From a virus (lineage: Duplodnaviria > Caudoviricetes): a stretch of 64,000 nt of DNA. Both the position numbers and the translations under genes were made by a program. The notes below the pieces were generated by a model, which was not told the DNA's origin, did not search any database, and saw only the letters and a list, made by a program, of their open reading frames with translations. Position 1 is the stretch's first letter, and each line of letters begins with the position of its first letter. This document shows positions 1 to 9,211 of this stretch, piece by piece. The DNA lies in IMG/VR virus record IMGVR_UViG_3300013121_000017, positions 1 through 64,000 of that record; one strand, 5' to 3'.

Positions 1-353
1 CAGACTTGGCGCGGGAAGTGGCCGCAGCCTGGGTTCGTATCAAGAAAGACAAGCACAAAGACAAACAGCGTGTGCTGAAGATAGCGTTCAAGGAACTGCT
101 AGACAAAAAAGAATGGGATACGGCATCAAGTTTCGGCCTCGACATTGATGACAACGATGAATTGGGGGAAATACTCAGGGACGAAAATTTCAAGCCACGA
201 CAGCGAACATTGTTGGAAGGACTCAAGACAAGACTGAGGCTCCAACGTGAGGGCAAGGCGAAAGCCTGGGAGCCGTTGCCAAACAGGGTGACGCCTCGCA
301 TGCTGATCGAAAGGTTGAGGCAAAAATCCAAGGCGTTGTACGCCGAAGTCTAA
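1..353 (+). CDS. hypothetical protein, 5'-truncated by the window edge
   Basis: The frame is open from the window edge to TAA at 351-353 and has a charged, helical composition; it converges on the 350..730 gene. Confidence 0.6.
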   Translation, partial: DLAREVAAAWVRIKKDKHKDKQRVLKIAFKELLDKKEWDTASSFGLDIDDNDELGEILRDENFKPRQRTLLEGLKTRLRLQREGKAKAWEPLPNRVTPRMLIERLRQKSKALYAEV

Positions 354-730
354 CGACGCAGCTTGCTTAACGAGTCGATGTCAACAAAAGGTGATTTCTG
401 AGCTTCAGGCTCGGGAGGCGTGGTAACAGGTGTGCCACGCCTTTTTTCTTCCAGTTCCGCAATCAGCTTGGCATCTTCGGGTTTCTCTGGATGAAGAACC
501 TGTTCCTCGGAGATGGCGCAAATCTGACTGTAGAAGTAGTAGTTCTTGCAGCCGGTGATCGGGTGCAACGTCATGATACCCAACTCGTCTACCGATTCCA
601 CGACACCCAGAAAGTAATCGCATTTCTGACGTTCGTCAAAGTCACGGTTGATGGCAGTTGTGATGACGGTCACTGCCTTGCCGACGAAGTATTTGAGATT
701 CTTCAGAGCCTCTTTCATTGTGCCTTTCAA
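350..730 (-). CDS. hypothetical protein, possibly Sm/LSm-like beta fold
   Basis: 126 aa, coupled to the upstream gene. VGKAVTVIT...FLGVVESVDELGIM resembles an Sm1 motif (weak). Confidence 0.6.
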   Translation of the reverse strand: MKGTMKEALKNLKYFVGKAVTVITTAINRDFDERQKCDYFLGVVESVDELGIMTLHPITGCKNYYFYSQICAISEEQVLHPEKPEDAKLIAELEEKRRGTPVTTPPEPEAQKSPFVDIDSLSKLRR

Positions 731-2070
731 TGCGGCATCACGCCACGCTTACGCATCGACCGAATGTACTTGTTGATGTAGGCCATGTAGTCCTTCGGGA
801 CTGTCGGGATGCCTTCGGGGTTGGCCCGATACGGAGGTCGCACCGACAGGTTCGAGAACACGTCCATGTTCTTCAGGGGCTTACCGTTACCGTCCACCTT
901 GACGTTCCCCATTGCGTCAAAAACCACCACATCGTCATCATGCTCCATGCCAGGAACCTGGGGAAGGAAGCGGTCATATTCCCAGATCGTTCGCTGGTTA
1001 AGCGGGCGACGACCCATTTGCTTGATCAGGTCTGCAATGGCATTGTAACGCCGGGTGAGGTGGTTGTTGTGCTGGTTGTCCACGACGAAATTCACAAAGT
1101 TCGAGACGATCTCTGGTTCTGTGGTATAACCGCCGGCCATTGGGTGTAAGTCGTCGTCACGATGCGTGCCGTGCAGAATCCGCTTGAGCCGCTGGGCGTA
1201 GGCTTTGTCATCCTCGCCCTTCTTCTGCGGATTCTGCCGTTCGATTTCATGAACGGCCTTGGCCAGTTCGTGAGTCAGGTAAGTGCCATCCGCTGTATCA
1301 CTCTGCCACTGGGAAGCCGTGTTGAGTCTCTTTGTTCCGTTGACGCGGCCCATGTGTACTTGTTTACCCATACGCTGGGCCTTCTCGACAATAGCCTTGG
1401 CTTCGTCGCCGGTTTTGTACTTGTCGTCGCCGCCGATGAAGATCACATCCACCTTGTCGAACGGCACATTGTCAACCGTGGCCCCGTTCTGAATGCAGAT
1501 GGCCACTGGCGCACCGTAGCTGCGAAGTCGCTGAACATCCTCGGCATGTGCCTCGAACTTCTTCAGTGTCTTCTCCCAGTCAAACGGCTCGTCAGGAACC
1601 GTGAAGAAGTTGAGTCGCGGCAAAACCTCACGCTTCTCTTGGGCGAGTGCCAACTTGACCATCTTCTCGTACATGTTCCATGAAAAATTGTCCCTGCCCG
1701 CCTTAGTGAACATGCCGTTGTCGATACCGATGCTGTCAAAGTTGTGCAGCGTTTTGGTACGCAAATAGTGTGCGGTGAAGGGCTGGACGATGAGGCCCAG
1801 GCCAGAGAAGCCGTGTTCGGAAATGCGGCTGGCGGACATGGCCGCGTAGGACTTCGTCAACTGGCCGCTGAGGTATGTCGTGTTGTAGGCCGGCGCGATC
1901 TTGCGGTCGAGCTTCTTGCCGGCCAGAATCGGATTTGTGTCCTCAATCCACTTCTTCAGCATGCTGTTGAAGGTGGACTGCGAGACACGATCACTGATGA
2001 GGGCGTCGAAGATCTCGTCTTCGTAGTCGGCAGTGGTTGTCTCTCTGAGCAGTTTTCTGAAGGTACGCAT
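727..2070 (-). CDS. TGT/DpdA-like (tRNA-guanine transglycosylase-like) TIM-barrel protein with N- and C-terminal extensions
   Basis: Motifs IDNGMF, VPD, IQNG, IFIGG, VHMGRVN and DTADGT occur in the order seen in phage TGT-like proteins. Start placed at ATG 2070 (MRTFRKLLRE), 5 nt after TATATA. Confidence 0.55.
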   Translation of the reverse strand: MRTFRKLLRETTTADYEDEIFDALISDRVSQSTFNSMLKKWIEDTNPILAGKKLDRKIAPAYNTTYLSGQLTKSYAAMSASRISEHGFSGLGLIVQPFTAHYLRTKTLHNFDSIGIDNGMFTKAGRDNFSWNMYEKMVKLALAQEKREVLPRLNFFTVPDEPFDWEKTLKKFEAHAEDVQRLRSYGAPVAICIQNGATVDNVPFDKVDVIFIGGDDKYKTGDEAKAIVEKAQRMGKQVHMGRVNGTKRLNTASQWQSDTADGTYLTHELAKAVHEIERQNPQKKGEDDKAYAQRLKRILHGTHRDDDLHPMAGGYTTEPEIVSNFVNFVVDNQHNNHLTRRYNAIADLIKQMGRRPLNQRTIWEYDRFLPQVPGMEHDDDVVVFDAMGNVKVDGNGKPLKNMDVFSNLSVRPPYRANPEGIPTVPKDYMAYINKYIRSMRKRGVMPH

Positions 2071-2084
2071 GACCTTATATAGTG

Positions 2085-3119
2085 TCACTTCAGCCTCGCC
2101 GAGTAAGCGGTCGCCCCAAATGGGGACTCGGAATCCAGGGTTGTTTCCGCTCGGCGAACATACTCGCCGAGGATCTTGGCCCCGAATTTCTTGAGCATGT
2201 CATTCCAGTCGTTGAATCCTTCCGGCGGCTGTACCAGCCGCAGTTTGTCCTTGCCGAAGCGAAGACTAACACTGAGGATCTTTTCGGCCATCGCCCTGCT
2301 GCCCTGCTCTCCAGCCTTGTCGCGGTCCAGGCAGATAACGAGTTTGTAGTCGTTCAACAGGACGGCCTGCTTCTCGCTCAGGTTCTTGCCACCGGCTGCC
2401 GCTCCGTTCAATTCGGACAAACAGAGGCTCTTTGCATTGAACTCGCCTTCACAAAGATGGACCGTTGCGCCCGCCTCGGGCCATTTTCCATCTGGGAAGT
2501 AGACCACGTCTTCCTTGCCGACGCCGATCTCCTTCGGCGGTCCACGATATTTGAGCTTCGAGTTGCCGAAGTGCCGTCCGTTGAAGTAACAGAGCATCCC
2601 TTCGCGGTCGTAATACGGGATGATGATTCTGGCTTTGTATTTGCCACCTGTGCAGACGTACAGACCTTCAGAAGGCATCATGCGTGCGTGCAGGTACTCC
2701 CTGGCTTTTTTGCCCCACCAGTTGTCGAGGCCATCGATCTGGTAGCAGTCGTCCGGCAGGCTGATGCGGACCTTCGGTTTGTTTTCGATGAACGGCTTGT
2801 CGTACTCGGCAAGCATGTCCTCAACTTGCCGTTCCAGTTCGCGGATGTTTGCTTCGCCCTTCAACAGGGTGGTCGCCTCGTCATAGTCGATCTTGTCAAC
2901 CAACATGACGAGCTTGATGAGTGACCCTTTGGTGTCGGTCTTGAAGCAGTGAAAAACGCCATTCTCACGCTTCTTCTTGCCGCCCGAAGGGCTACACCAA
3001 AGGTGGTAGTTCGTGTCGGTCGTGAAGATCGAGTTGATGCGGATCTCTTTTCCCTTGACGACAGCGTCAGGGAAACGGTCCTCGCACCAATGCCTGAAAC
3101 GGTCGAAGTCAATCGCCAT
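2085..3119 (-). CDS. DNA primase (T4 gp61-like, TOPRIM)
   Basis: N-terminal Zn-ribbon remnant (FHCFK), RIIIPYYD, YFNGR, KY, and TOPRIM motifs CEGEFNA and LDRDKAG, ending FNDWND. Confidence 0.9.
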   Translation of the reverse strand: MAIDFDRFRHWCEDRFPDAVVKGKEIRINSIFTTDTNYHLWCSPSGGKKKRENGVFHCFKTDTKGSLIKLVMLVDKIDYDEATTLLKGEANIRELERQVEDMLAEYDKPFIENKPKVRISLPDDCYQIDGLDNWWGKKAREYLHARMMPSEGLYVCTGGKYKARIIIPYYDREGMLCYFNGRHFGNSKLKYRGPPKEIGVGKEDVVYFPDGKWPEAGATVHLCEGEFNAKSLCLSELNGAAAGGKNLSEKQAVLLNDYKLVICLDRDKAGEQGSRAMAEKILSVSLRFGKDKLRLVQPPEGFNDWNDMLKKFGAKILGEYVRRAETTLDSESPFGATAYSARLK

Positions 3120-3182
3120 AGTTCACCTTACGTCAAGAAGACGGTGGGGGTATAATAGTCGAAGACAGGAGGGCGTCTTTTC

Positions 3183-3980
3183 ATGACTACCACGACCGAA
3201 CCCGAATTCTTGACCATCGAACATATTTCCGTAAGCCGCTACGGGACGATCAACGAGTGTCACCAGAAGTACAAGTACAAGTACCACTTGAAGGTGATCC
3301 CCGACCGTCCCGAGCCGGGCTACTTCGTCTACGGCAAGATCGTCCACCGCGCCGCAGAAGAGTACGTCAAACGGAAGGGACAAACCCCGATTCTACACTG
3401 TGCGGGCGAAGTCTTCCAGGGCAAGTTGAAGCTGGAAGAAGACCAGAAGACCCCACCGAAGCTCCCGCCCGAATACTCCAAGGAAACGCTCATCTCCCAT
3501 CTTAGGCCGATTGAAGCCCTCCATCAACGGATCGGTTTCACCGGGGAGACAGAGTGGCCGTTTTTCTTCGACCTCGATCCGCCCCACAACCGCTGCGTCA
3601 AGGGTTTCATCGACCGCCTGATCCTGACCAAAGACAACACAAAGGCGTTCATCCTCGACTACAAAACAAGCAAGAAGAACGGCTGGCGGAAGACACGGGC
3701 GAACATCAACAAAGACCTTCAGCTTCGGACCTACGCCTACGTTGTCAACAAGACGTTCGGAATAGCCCCAGAGAACATTCGTGGCGCGTTATTCTACCTT
3801 GAAGGGGCCGAGATCATTGACGCCCGCTTCACCCAGGAGAGCATCGAAGCTGCCAGGGACGAGCTTGTGACGGCCTACAAGCAGATCCAAAACATGAAGC
3901 CCGAAGAGGTGTGGGGCAATCCTGGCAATCACTGTTTCCGATGCGAGTTCTCGGGAATCTGCCCGTTCTTTGGAGGATGA
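3183..3980 (+). CDS. PD-(D/E)XK RecB/Cas4-like exonuclease with a 4-Cys Fe-S staple
   Basis: N-terminal Cys, G-x-x-x-H, KGFIDRL, ILDYKTS, QLRTYA and a C-terminal C-x2-C-x5-C. Confidence 0.85.
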   Translation: MTTTTEPEFLTIEHISVSRYGTINECHQKYKYKYHLKVIPDRPEPGYFVYGKIVHRAAEEYVKRKGQTPILHCAGEVFQGKLKLEEDQKTPPKLPPEYSKETLISHLRPIEALHQRIGFTGETEWPFFFDLDPPHNRCVKGFIDRLILTKDNTKAFILDYKTSKKNGWRKTRANINKDLQLRTYAYVVNKTFGIAPENIRGALFYLEGAEIIDARFTQESIEAARDELVTAYKQIQNMKPEEVWGNPGNHCFRCEFSGICPFFGG

Positions 3981-3981
3981 G

Positions 3982-4524
3982 ATGAAAGGCAAGCTGCACG
4001 ACAAGACCCTGGTCATCAATCACATCCTGTACTTCACGCCCGAGCAACGTCTCGCCCTGGTTCGTGACCGAACACCGGCCCAAGTCATTGGCGTCAGCAT
4101 GCCCATCTGGTTCAATCAGGGAAAGTCAAACGAGCCGGGCCACGAAGTCTTCTGCCAGTACACGGTAACGAACGAGTCGAAGGACATGATGTTGACTGCC
4201 TTGCCGACCGGCTATCGGATCAACCTACCACAGCCGAAACCGGACCAGGGGGAAGAAACAGTTCCTGATCCGCGTAGGCTGGGCGACCCAAAAGACGGCG
4301 GCGCGGGCTGGCTGTTGTTCAAGCAGTTTCAAACCCTGAAACAACAAGACCGCGATCTGTCGGTCCTGCACTACGTCGAGTTGCGTGACTGGGAATACTA
4401 CTGGGATAGTGTGAACGAGAAGCCCATCACACAATCGGACAGAACCGAAGAGACAGTGCCATCCTCATGTTCACAGAGTCCCCCGACAGAACTGTCACCG
4501 GAGACGTTAGCTGGGCTGAACTGA
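3982..4524 (+). CDS. hypothetical protein
   Basis: GGAGG RBS before ATG 3982; follows the nuclease directly. Confidence 0.65.
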   Translation: MKGKLHDKTLVINHILYFTPEQRLALVRDRTPAQVIGVSMPIWFNQGKSNEPGHEVFCQYTVTNESKDMMLTALPTGYRINLPQPKPDQGEETVPDPRRLGDPKDGGAGWLLFKQFQTLKQQDRDLSVLHYVELRDWEYYWDSVNEKPITQSDRTEETVPSSCSQSPPTELSPETLAGLN

Positions 4525-4957
4525 TAAGAACGCCCGTGTTGTTCGGCTTGTCTGACAGGAAGATATTCGATACCGGACCCCAACTGCCGCCCGCAGCCGA
4601 AAAGCTTACGATCTGACTGGTGGCGCGGTGAACCCCGCTAACCACGTCCAAAGAGAACCCGTTCGTGGAACTAACTGGTTGTCGGGTGTATCCGTTCACA
4701 AACGGTTCGTTGAAGACGCTGGCCATCGTGTCGGCGACCGCAATGGTTCCTCTGGCATCAAGACCGAGGTAATACTGATCGGGAATGTAGATGCTTGGCG
4801 AGTATCCGCCCATGAAAAGAGCTTGCAGCAGAAACGCCTCGCCCAGGAAATGCAGGGTGTTTTTGATGTTCTCTTCACGATAAAGCACCTTGCCGTCGCG
4901 GATGTGTTCGACAGACAAGATCTCCATCAAGCCGTGCCATTCTTTATTGCTTCCCAT
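4427..4957 (-). CDS. putative virion/tail structural protein
   Basis: Beta-rich pattern (YLGL...GYTRQPV...F.AAGGSWGPV..IFL) like phage tail-associated proteins; TAGATA-N5-ATG at the start. Confidence 0.55.
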   Translation of the reverse strand: MGSNKEWHGLMEILSVEHIRDGKVLYREENIKNTLHFLGEAFLLQALFMGGYSPSIYIPDQYYLGLDARGTIAVADTMASVFNEPFVNGYTRQPVSSTNGFSLDVVSGVHRATSQIVSFSAAGGSWGPVSNIFLSDKPNNTGVLISSAQLTSPVTVLSGDSVNMRMALSLRFCPIV

Positions 4958-4976
4958 GTCACTATCTACTCTTGAC

Positions 4977-5261
4977 ATGCTCACCTTTCATGAATATGTG
5001 CGACTCCGAGAAACGGCTGGCGACTCCTGGGGGACCGCACCGGCCCCGCCGGTACAGATCATGCTCGGCCCCAACGCGCCTATCGCCGGCAACCTGACCG
5101 GATCAAAGCCGCCAACCGAAGACGAGCAGTACCCGCCCAAGGAACTAGAGCGTCAGAAACAAAAGAGAAAGCGGCGGGAGATTCGTACCCAGCCTTACGA
5201 CGACCCGAGAAAGTTGAAACGCGATGTTGAGCGTGCAAGAGAACTGGGTGTGGAACCATGA
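4977..5261 (+). CDS. hypothetical protein with a capsid-targeting-like N-terminus
   Basis: Starts MLTFHEYVRLRE; ATGA overlap with the next gene. Confidence 0.6.
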   Translation: MLTFHEYVRLRETAGDSWGTAPAPPVQIMLGPNAPIAGNLTGSKPPTEDEQYPPKELERQKQKRKRREIRTQPYDDPRKLKRDVERARELGVEP

Positions 5262-5902
5262 TCAGCATTTCTGGAATCAAAATTGTCTGTCGTCCCAACA
5301 GCGTAGATGAAGGCATTGCTTACGATTCCATCGTGAGGGACGACTACAAGATCAGACAGCTTGCACTGAAGGGCAAACTCCTGATCGACGTAGGAGCCTA
5401 TGCAGGGCATGTTTCGCTACTGGCAGCCTCCTTGGGAATGCGTGTGATCGCAATCGAACCATTGCCAGAGAACGTGGCAGCCATCAAGGCCAATATCAAA
5501 GCAAACGGCTTCGAGAATCGAATTGCGGTGGTTCAAGGGGCATTAGGCGTGGAGAAAATCTACTGGAATGACCCCAGTGAGAACATCGTGCGGCATAGAT
5601 TCGTGGCTAATTCTTCAGGTTCTCCGAATGCCGAATGCTTGAATGTGAGAAAACTGAAACTGGATGACGTAATACAAGACGAGATCCATATTTTGAAAAC
5701 CGATTGTGAAGGCGGCGAATGGACATTGGGAGAAGAGCATGCTGCTCAAAAGTCCAAGCACATCGTCGGAGAATTCCATCCCGTTGACGCACGAACCTTC
5801 GCCGACTTCAAGATTCTTTTCCCATCACACACAGACGTGTCAGCCCAGCATGGGATCTCGGCAGGAGATGGATTAAGGCTGTTTGTGTTCACTAGAAACT
5901 GA
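5258..5902 (+). CDS. FkbM-family SAM methyltransferase
   Basis: IDVGAYAG, AIEPLPEN and LKTDCEGGE motifs. Confidence 0.9.
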   Translation: MISISGIKIVCRPNSVDEGIAYDSIVRDDYKIRQLALKGKLLIDVGAYAGHVSLLAASLGMRVIAIEPLPENVAAIKANIKANGFENRIAVVQGALGVEKIYWNDPSENIVRHRFVANSSGSPNAECLNVRKLKLDDVIQDEIHILKTDCEGGEWTLGEEHAAQKSKHIVGEFHPVDARTFADFKILFPSHTDVSAQHGISAGDGLRLFVFTRN

Positions 5903-6530
5903 AGACCGCTGGACCGTATTCGCGGCAGAAGGCAATCTCGCCAGGAATACCGTCGTAGTCGATCATGTACTTCCGCCAGTGCAGCCACTTATGCCAAAGT
6001 TCGGGTTGCGTGTTCATTATCGCAGCCATCAATTCTCGCAGCTTCGCGAACTCGTTTCCGAAAACCCCGATCTCATGCAGCATGTCGCTCATGAACGGCA
6101 AGTAAACCTTCACGAACTCACGAAACACCCACGTCTCTTTGTGATGCGTGTGGATGTCGGTGCGGAGCAAGCTGTCGTAGAGCATCGAGAACTCATCAGC
6201 ACGCATTGGCTTGTTCGGGAAGTTCAGCGAGCTTGCAATGAATGGGCAGTAAAAAGCCATAATCCTGTGTTGAGGGACCACCACAAAATCATGATCGAAG
6301 ATTTCGGCTCTGGGAACGAGCTTTTCGGTTATGGCCGGAAGGGATTGTTCATTGAGGCAATCAGACAGGAGCCAGTGTCGAACAGCTACCAACTCGGGAT
6401 GCCGATAGGCAGCGTTCAACGTGACAACCTTCCGGTCCCCCTGAATGCTTTCCAAGCAAAATGAACAAGGGACCGGAAGGTTGTCGCGCAGTTTGAGACT
6501 TCGGACGTAGAATTCCAGTGCTACGATCAT
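5892..6530 (-). CDS. hypothetical protein
   Basis: 212-aa ORF with CxxC, in a run of minus-strand genes. Confidence 0.55.
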   Translation of the reverse strand: MIVALEFYVRSLKLRDNLPVPCSFCLESIQGDRKVVTLNAAYRHPELVAVRHWLLSDCLNEQSLPAITEKLVPRAEIFDHDFVVVPQHRIMAFYCPFIASSLNFPNKPMRADEFSMLYDSLLRTDIHTHHKETWVFREFVKVYLPFMSDMLHEIGVFGNEFAKLRELMAAIMNTQPELWHKWLHWRKYMIDYDGIPGEIAFCREYGPAVFSF

Positions 6531-6548
6531 GATCCGCCATCGCGACTC

Positions 6549-6890
6549 TCAGAAGTTCACGTCTTCGTCGTCTTCGAGGTCGTCGTCGTCATCGAAGTCG
6601 TCATCGTCATCGAAGTCGTCATCGTCATCGAAGTCGTCGTCATCGTCATCGAAGTCGTCGTCATCGTCATCGAAGTCGTCGTCATCGTCATCGAAGTCGT
6701 CGTCTTCGTCATCGAAGTCGTCGTCTTCGTCATCGAAGTCGTCGTCTTCGTCATCGAAGTCGTCTTCGTCATCGAAGTCGTCATCATCGTCATCGAAGTC
6801 GTCGTCGTCGTCCAGATCGTCGTCCTCGAAGTCATCGACGCCCGCCATCAGCGGAGCGTGCTTCAGGTCTTCGTTCTCAAGAGTTGCCAT
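6549..6890 (-). CDS. extremely acidic low-complexity protein, (D/E)5-6-F repeats
   Basis: GAGGTG RBS; most of the 113 aa are Asp/Glu, punctuated by Phe. Confidence 0.75.
   Translation of the reverse strand: MATLENEDLKHAPLMAGVDDFEDDDLDDDDDFDDDDDDFDDEDDFDDEDDDFDDEDDDFDDEDDDFDDDDDDFDDDDDDFDDDDDDFDDDDDFDDDDDFDDDDDLEDDEDVNF
6560..6838. repeat. tandem 18/21-nt coding repeat, (TCGTCR)n-ATCGAAG type
   Basis: Directly visible tandem repeat that encodes DDDDDF/DDEDDDF on the minus strand. Confidence 0.9.
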
Positions 6891-6912
6891 GAGTCACCTC
6901 TCTGGGGGTTGA

Positions 6913-8571
6913 TCAACACACTTTCTGACGCACGACCTGACAACTCCGCACCGTGCGAGAGCCGCAGACTCGTTCTTTAACGTAGCAACCGAGTTTCGGT
7001 GGAGCCACCACCGGGTCCGGCGTCTTCTTGCATCCACTGCAACAACCCGAGTTGTTTTCAGCCTTCCAGGGCTTCCCGAACTCGGGTGCGCCAGGGAGGG
7101 TCGCGTTGTTGAAGTAGCCATCATCGGAATTATAGCCCGTCCTCGTCAAGAGGCCATCGGCGTCCACCTTGTAAAGGTGGTGTCCTTTTTCTTCTTGGCC
7201 GTGAAGGGATACTAACTCCGACTCCCAAATATAGTCAAGTCCCAGCTTAACTTGGTCAAGAATTTCGGCGTCATCCGCCCCATCCACAACCTGTGCCGTA
7301 CCATCGCTCATGGCCAGCAACATTTCTTCGCGGGGAACCTCGACTTTGCAGTAGTAGAGCGGGTTGTCGCCCATACCAGCCAACACCTTGTCGGCAAGGG
7401 TCATTGTAGCATGACGAACGCGGAGGAAGACCCCTTCGTCCATCTTCAAATCAGTCGGCCTGATCTCTGTCTTCCATCCCGAAGCGGCCTGGACTGTCAC
7501 CAGCCCCCAGTCGGAGAAGACCTTGTTGACCTCGGCGAGGTACGGCGAACCGGCCAGGGCAGTCAACATGCCGTTGGCCAAAGAAGACATGTAGCCAGTT
7601 GTCAACGGGGCAATCTGGATGCCCTGGAAGAGGGCGTTCCCCATCACGTCACGGGCCACAATAAGAGCTTCCCTGGTTCCGATACCGCCCGGAGCCTTCA
7701 CCTTCGCGTACACCGCCATCAGAGCGGCGTAGAACGCACTGCTCAGGATGCGGCTGTAGCTGTGGAATTCACGGGATAGCTGATCCCTTGGAGCTAGTCT
7801 AGGCAAAGTTTCCGGCTTCTGATAGTGGAAGGGTACAGAAGCGTCTCGCAACCCACCAACAACCCTGTTGATGGCGTAGCCGAGTTCTGGGCCGACCGAC
7901 GACGCGATGGTGCTGACGGCTGCCGCATCCAACTGCTGTGCCGCAAATGTCAACGTCGGGTCCATCGTCAAGGCATGCAGGATCGAGCCACAGTCAGCGA
8001 CCCCTTCGTGTGCCGCTGACTGCTCGATCAGCGGGCTGTTGTAAAGCTGAGGCTTCAGACTGTCCAAGACAGCATGGAAGAATTCGTGTACAATCGTATC
8101 GTTCGACAGGCAGGTATGAACGATGTCCCCTGTCACCGGGTTCCGGCCATTGAAGAACTGGAAGGAAACACGATTGTAAAAGGCGTTCAACTGATTGCCA
8201 GCCTGGGGATAGACGCGGATGACGGGGACCGCAACCCATTTCGGCACAGTTCCGAGGTACTTGCGAACCATAGCCTGGGCCGACAACAACGTGACATGGC
8301 AGTTGGCGGCGAGTGCTTGCGGCGAATTGTGGTCCGGGTGAAACCCAACATAGTTCTGCACCGCGAACGGCGGATCAGGCTGGGTCGTGGGAACAGGAAC
8401 GTTTTGAACCAGGGCGGTTGTCCGCTCGTCGTCCATGTAAAACCGGATTTCGCCCGCGCGATTGATTGGATCGTGCGGCGGGGCGGGATTCGGATGAAAC
8501 GGATTGACCGGGCGAGCAGCACCGCTGTCCACCACGATGTTCAGATTCGGCTGCTTCTTCTTGGAACGCAT
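6913..8571 (-). CDS. zinc metallopeptidase (gluzincin, M4/M36-like) with a Cys-rich C-terminal tail
   Basis: NAFY, HEFFH (HExxH), downstream HEGVAD third ligand and EFHSYS; GGAGG RBS before ATG 8571. Confidence 0.85.
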   Translation of the reverse strand: MRSKKKQPNLNIVVDSGAARPVNPFHPNPAPPHDPINRAGEIRFYMDDERTTALVQNVPVPTTQPDPPFAVQNYVGFHPDHNSPQALAANCHVTLLSAQAMVRKYLGTVPKWVAVPVIRVYPQAGNQLNAFYNRVSFQFFNGRNPVTGDIVHTCLSNDTIVHEFFHAVLDSLKPQLYNSPLIEQSAAHEGVADCGSILHALTMDPTLTFAAQQLDAAAVSTIASSVGPELGYAINRVVGGLRDASVPFHYQKPETLPRLAPRDQLSREFHSYSRILSSAFYAALMAVYAKVKAPGGIGTREALIVARDVMGNALFQGIQIAPLTTGYMSSLANGMLTALAGSPYLAEVNKVFSDWGLVTVQAASGWKTEIRPTDLKMDEGVFLRVRHATMTLADKVLAGMGDNPLYYCKVEVPREEMLLAMSDGTAQVVDGADDAEILDQVKLGLDYIWESELVSLHGQEEKGHHLYKVDADGLLTRTGYNSDDGYFNNATLPGAPEFGKPWKAENNSGCCSGCKKTPDPVVAPPKLGCYVKERVCGSRTVRSCQVVRQKVC

Positions 8572-8635
8572 ATTACCTCCTGCCCGCTGAATTTTTCTTT
8601 GCCTCTCATTCTCTACTATGTGTGGAGGAAAGATC

Positions 8636-9211
8636 ATGGCAACCAACCCAGCAGCGTTACAAGCTATCTATTCGCGCGAACTCCGTAAACGGAGGAAAGA
8701 ACTCGGACTCTGCATCCGATGCAAGCAACCAGCAAAATCCGCGTTGTTGTGTGAGAAGCATTTGCAGGAAAAAAGAGATGGCATCAATAAAACCAGGGCT
8801 AAAAGAAGGCGGCAGGGTGTCTGTATCTACTGCGGCGAATCCAAACCGTGTAAGTGCAGAAGTCAGAACCCGGAAAAGTACAACAGACTCAAAGCCTGTG
8901 CGAAAAGACGAAAGATCGAATTCTCGATGACCAAGAAGGAGTTTGAAGAATGGATAGCTTCGATGCCCTTGGCGTGTACATATTGCGGTGTCTCAGTCGA
9001 TCAACTGGCGTCTTCTCGGTGCAGCAAGCGGTCTATCACGGTTGACAGGATGGACAATGGTGTCGGCTACAAAATAGACAACATCTGCCTTGCATGTCAC
9101 AGGTGCAACAACAGCAAGAGCAACTTCTTCACCTTTGAGCAGTGGAAGAAAATCGCCGACGAGTGCATCAAGCCGCGACTGAAAGAATACCACTTGATTG
9201 AGGAAGCATGA
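8636..9211 (+). CDS. HNH endonuclease with N-terminal Zn-binding repeats
   Basis: CTYCG...VDRMDN..GY..DNI.LAC..CNNSK motif; GGAGG RBS. Confidence 0.85.
   Translation: MATNPAALQAIYSRELRKRRKELGLCIRCKQPAKSALLCEKHLQEKRDGINKTRAKRRRQGVCIYCGESKPCKCRSQNPEKYNRLKACAKRRKIEFSMTKKEFEEWIASMPLACTYCGVSVDQLASSRCSKRSITVDRMDNGVGYKIDNICLACHRCNNSKSNFFTFEQWKKIADECIKPRLKEYHLIEEA

Noticed and set aside
6529-6912. Ser-rich ORF (+) and Thr/Met-rich ORF (6557..6835, -)
   Set aside because: These are shadow frames of the Asp repeat; only 6549..6890 has an RBS and fits the minus-strand gene run.
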